A stretch of 62,196 bases of DNA, the filler included, from Globobulimina sp. (taxonomy: Eukaryota), in NCBI GenBank assembly GCA_003354225.1. It is 30 parts of 30 records of this genome, joined end to end, with 100 filler letters (N's around TTAATTAATTAA, not from the genome) between each part and the next. Parts side by side here need not be neighbours in the genome. Positions count along the whole stretch, not along the records: positions 60,222 to 62,196 come from PIVH01010079.1; 29 more parts are not named here. One strand, written 5' to 3'. Positions 60,222-62,196 of this stretch are shown in pieces. Position numbers and translations under genes: made by a program. The notes under the pieces are model-generated. The model was given only the letters and a program-made list of their open reading frames with translations. It made no database searches and had not been told where the DNA came from. Position 1 is the stretch's first letter. Every line of letters begins with the position of its first letter.

Positions 60222-62196
60222 GAGATGCAGTTTTTCTAAAAAACTATTTAAAATAAACTGCTCTGAGTTCTATGCTACAACAAATGCGATTGGACATCAA
60301 TAATCCTGACGTAATTGATATAGAAGCCATGCAAATGTATATGTTAAAATGGATGTAATTGTTAACTTTACAAATGCTTTGTTTAATGTTAATCCAGCAA
60401 TTTTTGGACATAATGATCTATCCTCAATATGACTAATTACATCTTGTACAAATTGCGTCATATTCTCCAATCTTATGTTGTGTATAATCATCATATATCG
60501 ATTGTTGCTGTTCTAAATTCATTGAAAGTGTCATATTTCCAGTATCGGATCCATCTCTTTTATATAGCAATATTTTTTTATGATTGATATACATTTTCTG
60601 TTTTCTAATCAATTGGATATGTTTCGTTTCCAATATACTAAATTTAAAACTCCATAAAATAAATCTTAAAACAACAATAATGACATAAATTAATCCACAA
60701 AAACATGATAAATTTAATTCATCGATGAGCGTATCCCATACAAATATTTGATAAAATGTGATAGTGATTGCAATCAATGTTGACATAATAATACCAAATA
60801 CGATATTTTGTCGATTATGAAAATATAAACTCGATAATTTTTCAATTCGACACCAATTTTCAAACCAAATGACCCATTCATCGTCGAATGATAAATCATA
60901 AACTTCATTATGTTTCTGTTCCTGTTTATGTTCATCATCCATTGCATCGCCATCTGTTTCATGCACAGATGCGATGTAAAAGCTTGTTCTCTGTGAAATT
61001 GAATCAATTTCCTGTTGTTCATTATGGTTAATATCGGAATTTGCTTTTCTTTTAATTGCGTCATATTGTTTTAAACGATTTTTCAAATGAATATAATGAT
61101 TATTTATCTGTTTGTCATTATAGGTCTTATCAAATTCAATTTCGTCACTTAGCTGTGTCATGTGATCATAATAAATCTGAAAACCTTGAAATATTAATTC
61201 AATAAATCTTACCACACAAAGTACTGTAAATATTTTGTATATAATACCAACGCTGAATATAATCCATAACAAAATAGCTTCCCCATCACTTGTTGCGTGA
61301 TATTTATATATATAATAAACAAATGATAAAAACACAAAACCAAATCCTGCTAAAACTGATAATAAAAATAATAGATATTCATCCTTACTGTATATTGTAT
61401 GTAAACGGCCAATATTATAACATAACGGCACTTGTTTGAAATCCAACGGAATGTAATTTGATATTATACTGTTACTGTTATGTTTTTGTGGTTTTATTGG
61501 ATGTATTTTTACGCCCCAAATCCAATAATTTTTTAAAATCCAGGTAAAAAGACGAGTGTATATGTTACAACATTTAATCTCTGCAAATATAAATCTTGCG
61601 CTTAATAATGCTTTCCGCATATTTAATGAATAAACAATTGCATCTTTGAATAATATAAACAAAACATAGGGTGTTAATGTAAAAAATTCTTCAATGTGAA
61701 GGTGATTTAGAACATCATAAATGACATCAACAATATATAAAATTAATAACAATGATGTGATAAATACATATATAACGGCGGGATGATACAACAGTTTAAT
61801 TCTTTCAAATCCACCAGATTTTAATGCTGCTTCTTGTTCAACCGCATTATTAATATTTACATTTAATAATTGTTGTTTGTTATTGTTTTGTACTTTAGGC
61901 GCTTTAAAACAACATATTGAAAATAATAACGATGCAAATAAAATTATTGATAATGGTAAATAAAATATTAGCAATGCAACATGAATTAGAAGCCATTTTA
62001 ATGCGGATTTAGCCAACGATGAAGGTTGTTTATAGTATTGATAACATTCAAAAGTATCTTGTTTTAACACAGTACTCATGTTGCTACAGTACAGTTAGAG
62101 ATGCAGTTTTTCTAAAAAACTATTTAAAATAAACTGCTCTGAGTTCTATGCTACAACAAATGCGATTGGACATCAATAATCCTGACGTAATTGATA
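60222..62196. repeat. 99-bp exact terminal direct repeat (circular or tandem contig, 1876-bp unit)
   Basis: 60222-60320 is identical to 62098-62196. Confidence 0.97.
60297..62079 (-). CDS. PHTF/gustatory-receptor-like 7TM ion channel (7TMIC) candidate; one frameshift near 60500-60515
   Basis: Seven to eight hydrophobic helices with a long acidic loop before the last three. The true C-terminus is in a shifted frame: IEDRSLCPKIAGLTLNKAFVKLTITSILTYTFAWLLYQL. Confidence 0.55.

Noticed and set aside
1..62196. Operon or gene-cluster logic across the window
   Set aside because: Contigs are ordered by length, so adjacency across spacers carries no biological information.

Overview
This window is not one locus. 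It is 30 unrelated contigs of 1978-1975 bp, sorted by decreasing length and joined by 100-bp artificial spacers (N44-TTAATTAATTAA-N44). Most contigs come from an AT-rich, gene-dense eukaryote with the standard genetic code, short GT-AG introns (35-212 nt) and Asn-rich proteins. The style suggests a foraminiferan or other rhizarian, but that is inference. Recognisable gene fragments include Raptor, RPAP1, SENP8, purine nucleoside phosphorylase, a pepsin-family protease, PDE, RhoGEF, BTB-BACK, a La-motif protein, RING-H2 and Ariadne E3 ligases, a CPA2 antiporter, a P-type ATPase, a sulfotransferase, an SGNH/PC-esterase and a Ras-like GTPase. There is also one Ty3/gypsy pol and one RNase H-bearing non-LTR retrotransposon. 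Bacterial DNA (U32/RlhA, DUF362, biotin carboxylase, gcvT) is fused mid-contig to eukaryotic DNA, as expected for amplification chimeras in a single-cell assembly. The most interesting signals are: (i) the last contig closes on itself (99-bp terminal repeat) as a 1876-bp unit holding exactly one PHTF/gustatory-receptor-like 7TM channel gene; (ii) a membrane-anchored multi-EF-hand protein ending in a KRRL site plus a four-cysteine peptide; (iii) a multi-branched fold-back intergenic element; (iv) a foldback satellite around a G4-prone core; (v) a possible head-to-tail retrotransposon array; (vi) a spliced GNAT-PUB gene. All family calls come from motifs read by eye; no searches were run.
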